Below are positions 1-13,677 of a DNA stretch of 64,000 nucleotides, one piece after another. The position numbers were made by a program, and so were the translations under genes. The DNA comes from Octopus sinensis (taxonomy: Eukaryota), in the NCBI RefSeq assembly GCF_006345805.1, contig NC_042998.1:110856001-110920000 (forward strand). Reading direction: 5' to 3'. The stretch's first letter is position 1; each line of letters opens with the position of its first letter. The notes beneath the pieces are model-generated. The model was not told where the DNA came from. It saw only the letters and a list, made by a program, of their open reading frames with translations, and did not search any database.

Positions 1-312
1 TTCACAGCCAATTGTTAAACAGGAGTTTCAATCTTAATGTTTAACACGTTGTTTACTGTTTATATTTAATCGATATATTGATCAATATCTTTTCTCGTCT
101 CATCTCTTCTAATTTGGGAATAGAAACCAAAGACATGTGATTATTATTGTTGTTTTTCGCCACTACTATCGATATTTCCAAGTCATACATTTATATCTTC
201 AGTCTGAGTGCTTATACTCAAGGTTCGAAATTCTTATAAATTCTTTTTATTTACTTTGCTTGACATTTTTTATGAGACAAAACTAATAACTCTTTTCTAT
301 CATCAAGTATAG

Positions 313-560
313 ACATACATACATACATACATACATACATACATACATGCATATACATACATATATACATACGCACATACATGCATATATACACATACAC
401 ACATACATACAAATATATATATATATACTCTCACATTTTTGTTATACTTACAAGTGATATATGTAGAAATGTTCGTGTGTGTGAGTGTGTGTGCATGTGT
501 GCGAGTGTATGTCTGTATGCGTGCGTTTATATGTATGTTTTTATATGCATATAACATTCT
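313..560. repeat. (TACA)n/(TA)n/(TG)n compound microsatellites
   Basis: Visible simple repeats; ORF 303..557 is their translation. Confidence 0.9.
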
Positions 561-1684
561 TAATATTCTTTCTTAATAATAGTGCTTGTCTACGCCGTCG
601 TTTCGGCGATACTGACTTGAAAGAATAGACTCAATATTTCTTTTGGAAGACATTATCGCCGAAACTTCGAAGGAATGAGTTACAACCAAACTAATAAACA
701 CAAAATTAGCTCAATGTGGAAATACAATCGCTTTCTGTACCACCTGTTAGTGTCCGAATGAATATTTCTACGCATATGCAAATCTGTTTTTTTTTCTTCT
801 GTTTCTGATAATTTAAATTATAACTGTAAATTAAATACAGAAGCTGGAACTTCTATATATATATATGTATATATACATACATACATATATATATATACAT
901 ATATATGCACAGAACGTCACGAAACGTGTACAACAAAAAATACGACGTACGTGTACATGGAATATGAACTATGTTTTCGAACTATGAAAGACACAAATGG
1001 AAAACGAAAACATGACAAACAGCACAAAGAACGACACTTCATCAGTTGTTGGCTGTTTTTCTACTCTCGTATTCCGAGCATTTAACAACAATATACGCTT
1101 TCGGTAAAGCAGTAGCTCCCACAAAGCAAAATAAATAAAATTAGGGATTTTGCGGAGGGTCAAAATTTGGTAACAAAGACAGGACAGTGAAAACAAACAG
1201 GAAGGCCTGTTAAGCCTAAACGAGGTTGTGGTGGCGAACGCGTAAATCAAGCTTCGACAGGAGACAATCAAGAACATGTCTTCCTTGATTCAGCTACAAC
1301 GGAGAGAATGAAAGAAACACAAGTTAGAAGAAAGATGGCCGATGGTCACATGGGTGCCATGTGAGCAAGGGAAGAAGAGTGAGGGAGAATGAGTTACAAA
1401 GAAATGTGATAGTATATATATATATATATAATTAATCAAAGGTTATACTATGTATGTTTACCTGTTGGAAATAATAACAGTCAAACCTTATTTTAATCGC
1501 CAAAATACACTGATAATAACTACAGAAATCAATCGTCGGAAGGTAAACGGGCTAAGGCAATCTCTCAGCATACACCCAAGTATTTGAACTCACTTGGACT
1601 GGTATCTGGACTAACATAATAGCCTCACATTCCTCAGCACGTGTTACCATGATAGAGAGCCCCAGAAACCGGGCCACGTGAGTC

Positions 1685-2050
<366 letters not shown>

Positions 2051-2059
2051 TTCCCAATA

Positions 2060-2330
2060 TATCAATTTGCAATGTGGATTTCAACAAGTACGACTAACTA
2101 AAGAGGCCTCATTTATCGAAAAATATAAGCCAGACCTGAATATAAACTCATATTGAAAAATTACACATTTATCTCCCTTTTACAGAAAAATACCTTGGTT
2201 ATCAATTATCCCCAGCCACAACTAACAAGCAAAGCTTCTCATTTCGAATTGCATCTAACACTCAACAATTGAAAAGCTTCAGCGAAACCGTTTCTTTTAT
2301 TAGAGGAAAAAAATCTTATTTTTGTTAGTG
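2060..2330 (+). mobile_element. Penelope-like element, extreme 3' fragment (GIY-YIG C-terminus and start of 3' UTR)
   Basis: RLTKEASFIEKYKPDLN* matches the R..KE..FI.K.KP.LN C-terminal motif of PLE GIY-YIG endonucleases. Confidence 0.55.
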
Positions 2331-3219
2331 TATAATACTTCTGTCATGACGATATATATTCTTTAATCTCGTAAAACAAATCTTCTGTGTTTTTTCATCC
2401 TATTTATTTCCTTATACATGCATATGTGTGTGTGTATACATATATGTGTGTGTACGTCTGTGTGTGTATACATCCCACTTTTCTTTCTGTCAGAGGAGTA
2501 ATGGCAAAGCCTGTTATCCTTTTAAGAGAGTTCAAAACAATAATATTAAGAGAAGGATACCTGACATGAATGCCCACTGCAGAGCTACTAATGTGTAACT
2601 GCTGTGTCAAACAGGGTCGTGGCTTACGTTTTTCGCATAATTTCTACTGAATAGACCAGTGGTGTCACACACTGGGTTCAGGCATGATACATGATATTGA
2701 TGGTTCAGAATGCTTTCTAATGTATTCTTAGTGAGGATAAAATTTGGGGGCAATTATGTCTTTCTATGATCAATAAACTGCACTCTGGTAAACATCAATA
2801 AGTCAAATATTAATAAGCGAAATTAAAGCAAACTAAATAAAAGAAATGTTACTTAGCTCGAAACTACATGAATAACAGCGTCAAATATGAAAACAAGAAG
2901 AAAGCGAAGATAAGTGAAGGAAAGTAATGATTAAATGATAATTGCTTACAGTTTCACCTTTGCTTCGGCTGCTGATAAGACTGAATGAAGAGGAGTGTAT
3001 GTTGAATGAATGTCAATAGATTTCTATCTAGTAACAGTAACTGAACTCCAGTTTTACAAACGTCCATCTACGTAAAACAAATCTATATGAAGACTATTTT
3101 AAAATAATTTTTTAGAACTAAATCAAAAGCAAAGCTATATTATTTTCCTTTATGTCAAAAGACAAAAAATATTTTTGTTTTGCTTTTTATTTTGCTTTTT
3201 TCCCCACCGTTTTGATTAT

Positions 3220-4070
3220 CCTCAAGCAGAAGTGCCGGAAGCATATACAATTACAGAAAACTTAATAAAATACACCTTATAAAAATGATTTCGTGGAGCG
3301 CATAGTAGAAAAATATTGATCAAGTACCATTTTCTAACGATGTGGAGACAACACGTACCCACCTTTGAAATTCTTAAGAAAAAGGCTAAAGAAATCGGGG
3401 AAAATGAACTCAACGTTTTCAAAATGAATGAGTCAACAGTCACTGACTTGAGGTTTTACATGAATTTCATGAAATCATTCAAGGGGAAAATCATGAAATG
3501 CCATGGAAGCATTGTCGAAGAATTTGTAATTATGAAGCTGCAGCTTTGGGAGAGAAAACGTAATTCTTTCCCAATAATAAAAAAATTGAAAGAAAGTTCG
3601 GTGTGTTGAAATTATCCACTGTCTTTGCGATTTTAGAAGTGAGTGAATAAATAAGTTTATCTTTGACAGGAACTGTATTTATTTACTTGAATTAGATCAG
3701 ACTTTGCATGCAGGAAACCAATAGAATATGTTTGAAATTCATAGTAAATTAAGGGTACAAGATATATATGTAGATAAGGATGATATTGAATATGTTTAAA
3801 GCCAATGTAGAATTTTAATTTGAAGTAAAATTTTCCCGACGTCGGGACACAATAGATTCAGTTTTGCCACAAATTGGATGTATCTTGTAAATGAATAACA
3901 ATATATTCTAGCTGAAATTAAAATCCAACTTTGAGTTGAAATTCCGTTTGTAGACTCGCTCAACACAAGCTGTCTCTCATGGGAAAATACAAAAAATATA
4001 TAACACGCCGAGTTTTATCTAAAAATCATATTTTCCTGAAGTGAGACCTGCAAATATTTGAATTACATTA
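3220..4070 (+). mobile_element. Degenerate hAT (Charlie/Buster-like) transposase remnant
   Basis: Frameshifted peptides YTITENLIK, NIDQVPFSND, FKMNEST, IVEEFVIMKL and IIHCL parallel the Buster/ZBED5 motifs HTIGE.LI.P, IPLSNNTV.RRI, QLDESTD, I.EEFLF and IHC..H. Confidence 0.55.
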
Positions 4071-4532
4071 TTAATGCAATGCACTACAATAAGACTACAA
4101 ATTCAAAATTTATTAAAGCAATTTATAAATATGTATTTATGCGAACTAACTTTTTCAATGAATTCAACAAGAACAAAAAACTAGAAATAGTTTCATCATA
4201 GTCTGATTATAGTTACAAGTAACATTCATAATTCCGATTATTAAAGCTGTATGTGACCAGAAGCACGTTCAACATAGCACTTAATTTTTATGTCACACAT
4301 GTGATGTTGAATTTTTTCAAATCAGTATGTAATTGAATTATGCTAATGCTAAGTTAGCTTCAGTGTTATTGGATTCATGGCCATAGCATTTTTTATGAAA
4401 TATCTTTCAAATTGCGAAACTTTTCTTCAATTTATGGAGTCTCAAGGGCAGGAGAAAATTGAAAATTTCTGAAATATTCTCCTGGCTGGAGGTAAGAGAA
4501 AGCGTAAAAATGTCCTGTTGATGACTCGAAAT

Positions 4533-4581
4533 GTGTTTGTTTGTTTGTTTGTTTGTTTGTTTGTTTGTTTGTTTGTTTGTT

Positions 4582-4624
<43 letters not shown>

Positions 4625-4670
4625 GTGTGTATGTGTGTGTGTGTGTGAGTGTGTGTGTGAGTGAGTGCGT
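4533..4670. repeat. (TTTG)n + (TG)n microsatellite
   Basis: Visible in sequence. Confidence 0.95.
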
Positions 4671-4747
4671 GCACACGTCTGCAAGCCAGTGTGTATTACA
4701 CTGCTGGCGATATCATGAAAGAATACTACATTAATATTCGTAGGCTT

Positions 4748-5092
4748 TAGGACGACAGCGAACTCTCAGAATTATTAACATGCTGGATAAGACACTTAGC
4801 AGCATTTTGTCCGGCTTTACGTTCTGTGTTTTATCATTTCGAGATTGATGGAGTAGCAGTTAAACACAGGGGTCGATGTAATCGACTTAAGCTCTCCCTG
4901 AAATCGCTGGCTTTATGCCCAAACTAGAAACCAGTATTTCAGATCCTTAAAGCAGCGAACCGACCGAATCGTTATGGTGCCAGGCAAAGTTATCATCAGT
5001 ATTCCGTCTTTTTTAAGTTCTGAGTTCAAATTCCTTCGAAGTCGATTTTCACTTTCATCGTTTCGGGGTCGATAAAATAGTAGCAATAGAGC
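4748..5092 (+). mobile_element. Two tandem degenerate tRNA-derived SINE copies (MetaSINE-like central domain)
   Basis: Two related heads at ~4748 and ~4948 (gcgaac..gaat..tta), B-box-like gagttcaaattcc, core gtcgattttcactttcatcgtttcggggtcgataaa, and ggggtcgatgtaatcgac. Confidence 0.7.
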
Positions 5093-5369
5093 TCAAAATT
5101 CAACATGGTTGCATTGAAACACCTTTTTTCTTTAGATCAGATATATAGATATGTCATTGACATGTTTTAATGTTAGTAAAGGAAATCTTATGGAGGGGAA
5201 GTTTATAGGTTACACCCTAGTAAAAATCTTCAAAAAGAGAGGAAATGGGTAGATGGGTTGATATACACACGCGCTTGCGCACGCACACACAAACACACAC
5301 ACATATACGTATACATATACACATAAATACGTGTATACATACATACAACATTCAAGCATATTCGCAAAT

Positions 5370-5760
5370 ATCAGTGTAAGAAAACTGCTGGAAGATTCCC
5401 ATCAAAACATTTGTCAAATGTAAGTATAACATGCCGGATATTGTTGTCTGGGAAAGACAAGAATATTTATGTACCACCATAGAGGTCAGCTACTCAGGTG
5501 ATGTGAATATTTCTTTCAAAATCAAAGCGAAAGAAGATAAATATGGACAACGGCTTCGAAACCTTTAGGTTGTATGTATGTCCGGATTATACATTTATAC
5601 CAATAATAATTGGTGCACTTGATTTTGTAAGCAAATGCCTAACTCTCAGTCTGGATAAGTTTGGATTTTGAGATAAAAGAAGTCAACCAGCTAACTCGCT
5701 CATTACAAATGCAATCTCGAAGCGGAACAGTAAAACTTTTTTCGAGTTTAAAATGTAATA
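5370..5760 (+). mobile_element. RLE non-LTR retrotransposon 3' fragment (restriction-like endonuclease)
   Basis: PDIVVWE..IEVS..DVN...K.KEDKY followed by IPIIIGALDFV, i.e. the PD..(D/E).K RLE C-terminus; interrupted by stops. Confidence 0.7.
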
Positions 5761-5769
5761 CTCCGATAG

Positions 5770-7365
5770 ATAATTGTCAGCTCATTACAACTGTTTCTTA
5801 CGTAACTTTTAATAGAAGAGTGGAGCATTACATCATTATAAAAGACTGTAAACATCAGATGAGAAGAAATTTTGTAAAACAAAAGAATATCCATGAATAC
5901 GGCAGGGATATGTCTGTCGAGGCCTGTTATGAATGGGAGAATAAGCAACTATGTTGGCAGCTTAGGTTAAGAATGTAGTTCTTTAAAGTGTGTAATCTGA
6001 TATCTAAGGTCAGTGACTTGGATAAGGAGGAGTCTGCTAGACTAGATCATGGGTAACCTGGAGTGGAATACAGGAGAAATTTATTATAGTGAGCTATGGG
6101 TTGTGGTAAGTAAGGAGGGGATAATAAAACAATCAAGGATATGGGGAAAAAGAGAAGATAAATAAATCAAACGTAAGGGTGAAAGAAAAAGAAACGAAAA
6201 ATAAAGGCATACGAGCCGATCATGTATGTGGTCGGGATATGGGAGTCGCTTGATAATGGTAAATGATCAGAGGAGAGGGATAGAGAAACAGCAATTTAGT
6301 GGTATTCGGTTGATATTAGTTGGAAGTGGGGTGTGGAGAGTACGGAGGCCATCAAATAATAACATCAAACATATGGAATTAAAGTTATAGTAAAGTAGAG
6401 TGCTACCTGTCAATAAGGAGTTTAAAAGTAAAAATTAAAAAATTAAAAATTGAAAGTAGGATGGGGTTATATAACGAAATATACCTAGTTAGGGATTAGA
6501 GGAAATAGAAAATCGGAATCAGGGAGACCAGTGACAGGGAGTGGTCTAATGATTAAGTATGGAATCTTGATATCAAAATTGGATGGTATAATCATTTTTA
6601 TGTGAATCAGGTGAAGCAACTGAACACAATAGTTGTAGGTATGAGGTTTGGATAGATGTTCTATCTACTATATAATAAGCGCTGCCCAAAACTGTATGTT
6701 GGTGTAAGGAGTACTTAAATAGTAGAAATGGAAAGGAACTAAGGTGTGCAGACGGTTAATAGAAGTTAAGTTTTATTGTCATATTGCATAATACCACGTA
6801 CATTACAGATATAATGGTTAGTTCCTTCAATATAGCATACTAAGCAAGTATAGTAAGAATGGAGAAGTTATTTGTGAAGGGAAAAATGAGACTAGGGGGG
6901 CTCAGAAACGAATGGGTAGATCGATAGGCTAAGGGTTAGCGAAGGAGGGAGTTAATTGAATTGGACCTAGGTTGGGGGCTATTATACAGGTTCTTTAATG
7001 TCTTTAAAGCATTTGAACGTGCCGGTAGCCTTATGTATGCAGGAAATACAAAGGTCTAGTTTATTATTTAGTAAATTTTCACTACTAAATCTCCTTAAAA
7101 GTTCAGATAGCTCCATGCAGCAAAGTCTGCATCTATATCTAGTGATTGGGTACTGATTAGCAACCCTAATAATGTCCCTACTTAAATCAAATTTAACTTT
7201 TTAAAAGATGAAAAGTGCTTGTGTAAGTGCCCCTTGAGGTTTACGGAGGAGCCGATTTAGTTATGAGCATTGGTCTCCGTTATAACATCACATTTGGAAA
7301 CCACATTTTCTGCTGAACATCGATTCGAAAGTGTACATAGCGCATGACTTTGAAGGTTGAGCCTA
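5770..7365 (-). mobile_element. Penelope-like element 3' part: GIY-YIG remnant, long 3' UTR and hammerhead-bearing end
   Basis: Minus-strand CTLSNRCSAENVVSKCDVITETNAHN*IGS and RCRLCCMELSELL parallel the endonuclease of the 54.7-59.9 kb element; hammerhead at 5781-5863. Confidence 0.7.
5781..5863 (-). ncRNA. Type I hammerhead ribozyme, probably inactive (A9 to U)
   Basis: Minus strand: CUCAU-CUGAUGU-UUAC...GUAA-GAAAC-AGUU-GUA-AUGAG. Stem I CUCAU/AUGAG, stem II UUAC/GUAA. Confidence 0.65.
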
Positions 7366-7367
7366 GT

Positions 7368-7655
7368 GAGAATTTTCTTCGGGTCAAGTATCCCATCACG
7401 CTCTTAGGTTAGGTCCCTTAAGGATGTTGAACTCAACATCCATGTTTCCAGAGGTGAATTATTCAAGCACCAAAACAATTCCTCTGAACACGTGGTTATG
7501 ATGCTCCCCACTACTTCTGCTCTTGATCAGAAATGCGCATATCGTCAGCCACTAAAGGACATGCTCAACTGGTTAAGGTCAAACAACTGACAAGCAAATC
7601 TGTGGTATTAAACAGAATGTTTGCTGTAACCCATCTTTTTCTCCAAGACAAGACA
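7368..7655 (-). mobile_element. Non-coding (TAA)n-associated repeat (family C), partial; likely 3' UTR of a Dong/R4-like LINE
   Basis: Same sequence (cgtcagccactaa.ggacatgctcaactggttaaggtcaa) as 7830-8300, 38413-38886, 42452-43006 and 63225-63603. Confidence 0.75.
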
Positions 7656-7829
<174 letters not shown>

Positions 7830-8300
7830 GAGTGAGAGAGCAGTGCATGCCATCAAAGTGACACTGGGGTAAAATATACGAAGCCCAATATACCCATCAT
7901 GACTACCCGTCTGATAAGGGTACACCAGGCACATGCATCACAACCATATGTGCGTGACATGGTGATCTCATATCAAGATAAACAGCACATGACCTTGCAG
8001 GTGGGGCCCAGTTAGAATTTTCTTCAGGTTGAGTAGCCCATCCTGCTCAAAAGGTCCCTGAATAAGGGTTGTTTAAGGATGTTGAAAGAACCACCCATGT
8101 TTCCAGAGGTGAATTATTCAAACCCCAAAGAATCCCTCTCAACACATGGCTATGATGCTCCCCCACTACTTCTGCTCGTGATCAGAGATGCACATATCGT
8201 CAGCCACTAAGGGACATGCTCAACTGGTTAAGGTCAAGCAACTGACAAGCAAATCTGTGGTATTGAGCAGAATATTTGCTGTAGCCCATCTTTTATACCA
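7830..8300 (-). mobile_element. Family C repeat embedded in (TTA)n
   Basis: Near-identical reverse complement of 38413-38886; flanked by TTA repeats on both sides. Confidence 0.85.
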
Positions 8301-8348
8301 ATAATATTATTATTATTATTATCATTATTATTATTATTATTATTATTA

Positions 8349-10760
8349 CACTTAACGGATTAGATTGTTGAGAAAGGAAAAATCCTAACATCGGGCAATA
8401 ACACGTAAAATTAGATGTCAAGAACCCTCCTATAGGACTACAACAATTGACCTTATCGGGTTACCCTAAGTAACCTTCGATGCCAAGAACACTCCAAAGT
8501 GTTCTAGCGGTTTACTGCAACTGTACTAAACTGAGTTTTATGCCTATTTCCTCTACCCATCTGTCCAGATTTTTAGGGATAGTTCCCAATGCACCTTTAG
8601 TTCCCAATGCACTTCCCATAGTCTCTGTAATTCAATAGCTAGGTCCTGGTACTATGTTATTTTTTCTGTATTTCTCATATAATGCTTTCATTATTTAGGA
8701 CTCCTAAGTCAATTAACCGTCACCTTCTATTCACTTTATCTTCTACTACTACCAAATCACCTTCTAGCTTCTATTACTCTGTCAGTCTGAATGTTGAAGT
8801 CCTACAACTTCTAATATTTCTTACTTTCTAGTACTTTACTAGGTTTATGTTCATACCATTTATCAGTATGGGTAAATCCTAGCTTTCTACACAGATCCCA
8901 GGGAATTACTCTCCGTATATAGTCATATTTTCTCTTGTATTCTTTCTGTGCCAGCATGCTACATTTTCTTACTATGTGAATAACACTTTCCTTTTTTTGA
9001 TTTGCATAATCTACATTAGGAATCAACTTGGTTTTTGTCTATCTTGGATTGTAATGAATTAGTCCTTTATGTTCAATCTTGTGCTTTCTGCAACCATAAA
9101 CATGTCCCACTACAACTATTTGCTGAAACTATCTTTGGGAATCTACCACGCAACTCCTTCTCCTGCCAATCAGATAAGTTTTGTTCCTTCTTCTTGTTTT
9201 TAATTTCATTTGATCTTTTGGTTTCCCTATGTCTTGCTGTGACTCTAGTAACTTTTAATAAACTTTCTTTACTATTACCTACATATTAGTCAATATCTAC
9301 TCTAACTCCACGCAGTCTTCTACTGATATTAACCATTCGGGTGGAGTCCGCCATTCATATTGAATTCTTTCCTACTTCTTCTGTCTAGCTTTGCTCATTC
9401 AGTTTTTGTCTAATCTACAAAAGCTGCTGAGTATCTAAGTAATGATACTGTCCAAGTATTTACAGCCTTCTCTAGATTCGGACCATTTAGCTTTGATTTT
9501 ATTAGCTTTCTCACCCTTCTGATGTACGCCGTTTCAGTTTTCGTTTTCATTTCTGTAGTTAGTACCCTAATGCTAATACTCCTAGATACTTATAACTGTC
9601 CTCCTTTCAATGATTTTAATGTCTGACCATCAATCTGGTAATTGTATGCCTTCGCTGTTGACTACGTGTCCCCTTCTCGTGACTAATATTGCACACTTAT
9701 CTATGCAAAATTCTATGCCTATATCTTTGCTGAAGACTCTTACAGTCTGTATTAAGGAATCTATCGGAATCTATCAGAAATCTATCAGATGTGATCGCAT
9801 CCAATCAGTCCTGTTCCCCCTCTTTTTCTTGGTATATACAGTCTGTGTCACTTTTTGGGTGGAGTATCCCCTTATCTAGTCAGCAACTAATTTTTGTAGG
9901 TGTTCGACCTTCACACTTACACCGATCTTTTTCCACCCAGTAACACTCCATAACCATCACGTTTACTTGTTTGCTCCTCTTATGTCTTGTAACATGGCTA
10001 GCAGTTGCTGGATTACGACCGGGCCTCGGCTGCGAAATTTCTTTTCTCACGAGAGTTACTGACCCCAGAAATGAACTCGTTTGCATACAGCCAATCAGAG
10101 CTCACCTTGACTTTGTTTTCGCCGTTCAGATCTCAGATTATGCCTAGACGCAAAGCCCAGCATAATATTCGTGAATGTGTTAAAAACAACCAATCTGTTA
10201 TGCTTGATTTTAGGAGACAAGTAATTAGACAAATTTGCATCTATAACTATTATCGTATTTGTTAGGGCCCCATATAGTAAAGATGAAGATGGGGTAAATG
10301 TGGGTAGAGTATGTTGTGCTAGTAGCCCGATACAACACAAATAACTACACAGAGGCAGCCATGGTTGAAACAATAACAAGAACAAGAAGCATTATTAAAA
10401 GAGAAAAGAAGCATGGTCATTCCTTACCCAGGCGACCCTATCTTATCGCCCATCACTTGTTATGCGCTCATAGATTAGTTTGATAGTTGAGCTCTGAATG
10501 GTTGTATACAAACGAGTTCATAACTGGGGTACAGAACTCTCGTGACAAAAAAATTTCGCAGCCCCCGGCTGTTAGCCGAGGAAGCCTTCCTTGATCTCGG
10601 CACCGTATTTTGTTTTCGAAAATCGTCAGTTTCTCCGGAAAATAGTGGTGCTTTCCTGTCATTTCCAACCAAAGTGGAGATTAAGGGATCCTTCTTCTGG
10701 TGGTGAGTTCCCTTTTGGTTAAAGTCCCTCTATTTCTTGAGGGTTTTATCAAATTTATTC
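8349..10760 (-). mobile_element. Internally deleted R4/Dong-like RLE LINE (N-terminal region joined to late RT and RLE)
   Basis: SKQVNVMVMECY N-terminal motif (~9950); GIEFCIDKCAILV; NTWTVSLLRYSAAFV; HIVRKCSMLAQKEYKRKYD..WYEHKP; 3' end abuts (TTA)n at 8301-8348. Confidence 0.75.
10026..10566. mobile_element. MITE-like element with ~80-bp terminal inverted repeats, inserted in the Dong-like 5' region
   Basis: ggctgcgaaattt...cacgagagtt...atgaactcgtttg.atac..cca.tcagagctca at 10029-10105 recurs as its reverse complement at 10488-10563. Confidence 0.75.
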
Positions 10761-10879
10761 CAGCTTTTATTCTACATGGAAAAATTCAGAACATTGCTCA
10801 ATAGCAGCAGCGAATAATTTGGAGGAAGTTTCAGTCGTCGATTACAGAGGAGTGTCCTGCTACAAAAATGAGAGAGGGT

Positions 10880-12430
10880 GACTGTTCTTCGCCTGTTGAC
10901 ATGACTACTAGACAAACAAGCAGGCAAGATGACCATCCCAATCACAAACAACAACAACTCCAACACCACTGCCATCATCCCTCTGCCACTACCACTACGA
11001 ACAACAACAAAAGCAACTGTAGGGGCAACAAATTTCTTTAACAGCAACAGCAACAGTGACAGCAACAGCAACAACAATAACAAAGCTTTGACAGGAGAAA
11101 CAAGTAAGCAGCCCAGCTTCGATATAAATGATTTCCCTCCATTAGTAAGTAGCTTGGCTCCTTCGGTCAACGATATGAATATCATCAGAAATAAAAGCAT
11201 CGCTTTGGCTCCAACTAACAACAGGAACAACACCAGCATCAAAAACGATATAATCAACACCAACAATAACAGTACCGATAAAAACAACTCCTTTGCAGGA
11301 GTAACAAAATTGCAGGAACAAATCTCTCTGGAAGGAAAATATGTGTACCTGAGCAAATAGGAAAATCTCCTCAATAGAGGGGATAAGAAAACCAAGCTTG
11401 CTATCCCTACAGATTTAAAGAAGATGGCCAGAAGGATCATCGTATATAGATGTGTGTCGCTAAAGATGAGGAAAATCTTCACTGCGTCACACATCCAAGT
11501 AGAAAAGTGATTGAAGAACTTTTTAACCGATATTGATTTCCTCACACAAGGGAGACAATGTGGTTCTGTGGAAGTGAGGATCCTCACAGAGGCAATGGCC
11601 CCAAAATACTCAAAGGTCCAGGGAAAACACGAGGCTCTTTTTCTCCTTCCACCATACCTTGCACGGAGTGGGTGGAAGTTAAATATCAGATGTGCCACCA
11701 GAATTAGACATTTCGTGGTTGGTTGCCTGTCCTGTGACGAGGCCGTGAGGAAGCTGTCCCTGAAAAGTCGAGCCGAGGTGACGAAAGCGTACATCGCATC
11801 CGTCATCTATAACCGCTTGACCGTCGTCCTTTGCCCTGTTTGCTGGTTGTGCGCTTACTCCTCCGCTTTCTGTGGAAGGAGCAGATTCCACTGATCAGGC
11901 GCTCCTACTGCTGCCAACAGCTGCTGAATGGATAATTTGGTATGCCTTGGTTGCTGAGGCGCAGACATGCGCTCAGGCTACGGCATCTCCAGCGTTTCCT
12001 TGACGATGAGCAGGTGTGGTCACCGTTTGTCAGACTAACTTTCCCACAGCTCGTCTCTTTGACTGAGCTGCAGTCCGGGATTTGGCGTAGACTGAAGAGG
12101 GGCGCTTGGCACCGTGAGTGTCGACAAGCGCTCACAGCCATTCGGGCAATGCGGTCGATGTTAGTTCTACCCTAGCGTTCTATAAAAGTCTAGTGGAGGA
12201 AAAGTGCGACGACGTTCTCGGGAAAACTCTGGGCATCGATGAAGTTCAGCTAACCGGTCTGTTTCGAAGAACTTTCGAGCCAGTGCTTATGGATAACTTC
12301 CAGAGATCCGTGGCCTGGCAGTACTGCCGAGGGGTACTGTCAGTTCGAGATAAACCCTACAGCCACGGAAGTGCCGCCAGCTGAGTCTACACATGGTGTG
12401 CGCAGTTGAGTCTACATAAGGTGTGTGCAG
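10880..12430 (+). mobile_element. Internally deleted L1/Tx1-like LINE (ORF1 remnant joined to ORF2 C-terminus)
   Basis: Asn-rich ORF1-like region, then RKLSLKSRAEV..YIASVIY.RL, FLW, G*FGMPWL..RRHALRL and MDNFQRSVAWQ; homologous to 21630-22970. Confidence 0.7.
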
Positions 12431-12866
12431 AAAGGTATGAGAGAAGATAGAGGGAGATGGAGCGAGTGGGAAATGAGTTGGTATTCAAGATAGAAGTGGT
12501 TAATAGAATAATGAATGTATTTTGGTATTGGAGTGTGAATATTGTGGTATGCAGGGGTGTATAAAATTGAATAGTTTGAAAGGTCAGCTTCCTTTTGGGT
12601 GTGGTTGTATTAAATGCTTTTGGTTAAAATGGGAAAATGAGAGAAAGTAAAGAATACTCCTTGTGAGGATGGGGAGGCTATGATGGAGGCTGGAAGTGGT
12701 GGGTTAGAGGAATTTGAAAAATTAACAATGGGAAGGAATAGTTTAATAAGAAAAGTGGTATTAGTTGAGGTGGTAAGTTGTTAGGCTGAACTTGTCATAC
12801 TTCAATGTTAATTTTAACATTTGATATATTTAATATATTTGCCCCTTCTCTCTCTCACTCTCTCTT

Positions 12867-12930
<64 letters not shown>

Positions 12931-12999
12931 TATAAATGCACACACACACACACGCGCACACTGAGCTTTAGTTTGTGGCTCCTAAACACCCGTTATCAG

Positions 13000-13615
13000 A
13001 ATGGACGGAACCTAAAACGCTTCCGACAAATCAATGCGGCCTTCCGAATTTCTCACCTTAAAATTTGGCGTATACTGCCGAGTTACCCAGTTTGCATACT
13101 TTTCTGATTCCTGAATTCTTAGACCATGTTTTGAAATACGTTCTGACTAAGTCTCAGTTGTGATGCAAGTTCACGATTTGTGACTTCTCAATCCCCGTTA
13201 AACAATTAGCCGTCGCTCTGAATATTCTTGCCAGGGACTGTGGTTGATGATTCTCACACTGTGTGGTTCATAAAAAAAGTTAGTTTCTTCTTCTTCTTCT
13301 TCTTCTTCTTCTTCTTCTTCTTCTTCTTCTTCTTCTTCTTCTTCTTCTTCTTCTTCTTCTTCTTCTTCTTCTTCTTCTTCTTCTTCTTCTCTTCTTCTTC
13401 TTCTTCTTCTTCTTCTTCTTCTTCTTCTTCTTCTTCTTCTTCTTCTTCTTCTTCTTCTTCTTCTTCTTCTTCTTCTTCTTCTTCAAAATAATTCATCAAA
13501 CTGTACATACCACTGTGAACCACTCCGTACCCAAATGTGTAAGCGTACTGTAGCCAGCCTACACATTTGTCAAAAATGTAATGACGTTTCGTTGCTTCCC
13601 TTGGGTATCCATTAT
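13000..13615 (-). mobile_element. Mariner transposase N-terminal remnant split by a (GAA)n tract
   Basis: KQRNVI.F (cf. KQRAVIEFL) and VTNRELASQLRLS (second HTH, cf. RITIRELA..LGLS). Confidence 0.5.
13286..13484. repeat. (TTC)n microsatellite, ~200 bp
   Basis: Visible in sequence; one phase slip near 13390. Confidence 0.97.
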
Positions 13616-13626
13616 ATTTGTGAGTG

Positions 13627-13671
<45 letters not shown>

Positions 13672-13677
<6 letters not shown>

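Noticed and set aside
905-1410. Repeat-like segment with minus-strand CUGAUGA and CGAAA
   Set aside because: The motifs do not assemble into hammerhead stems in the right order; the family is not identifiable by eye.
10772-11806. 344-aa minus-strand ORF
   Set aside because: Antisense shadow of the AAC-rich Tx1-like ORF1 remnant; no recognisable domain.
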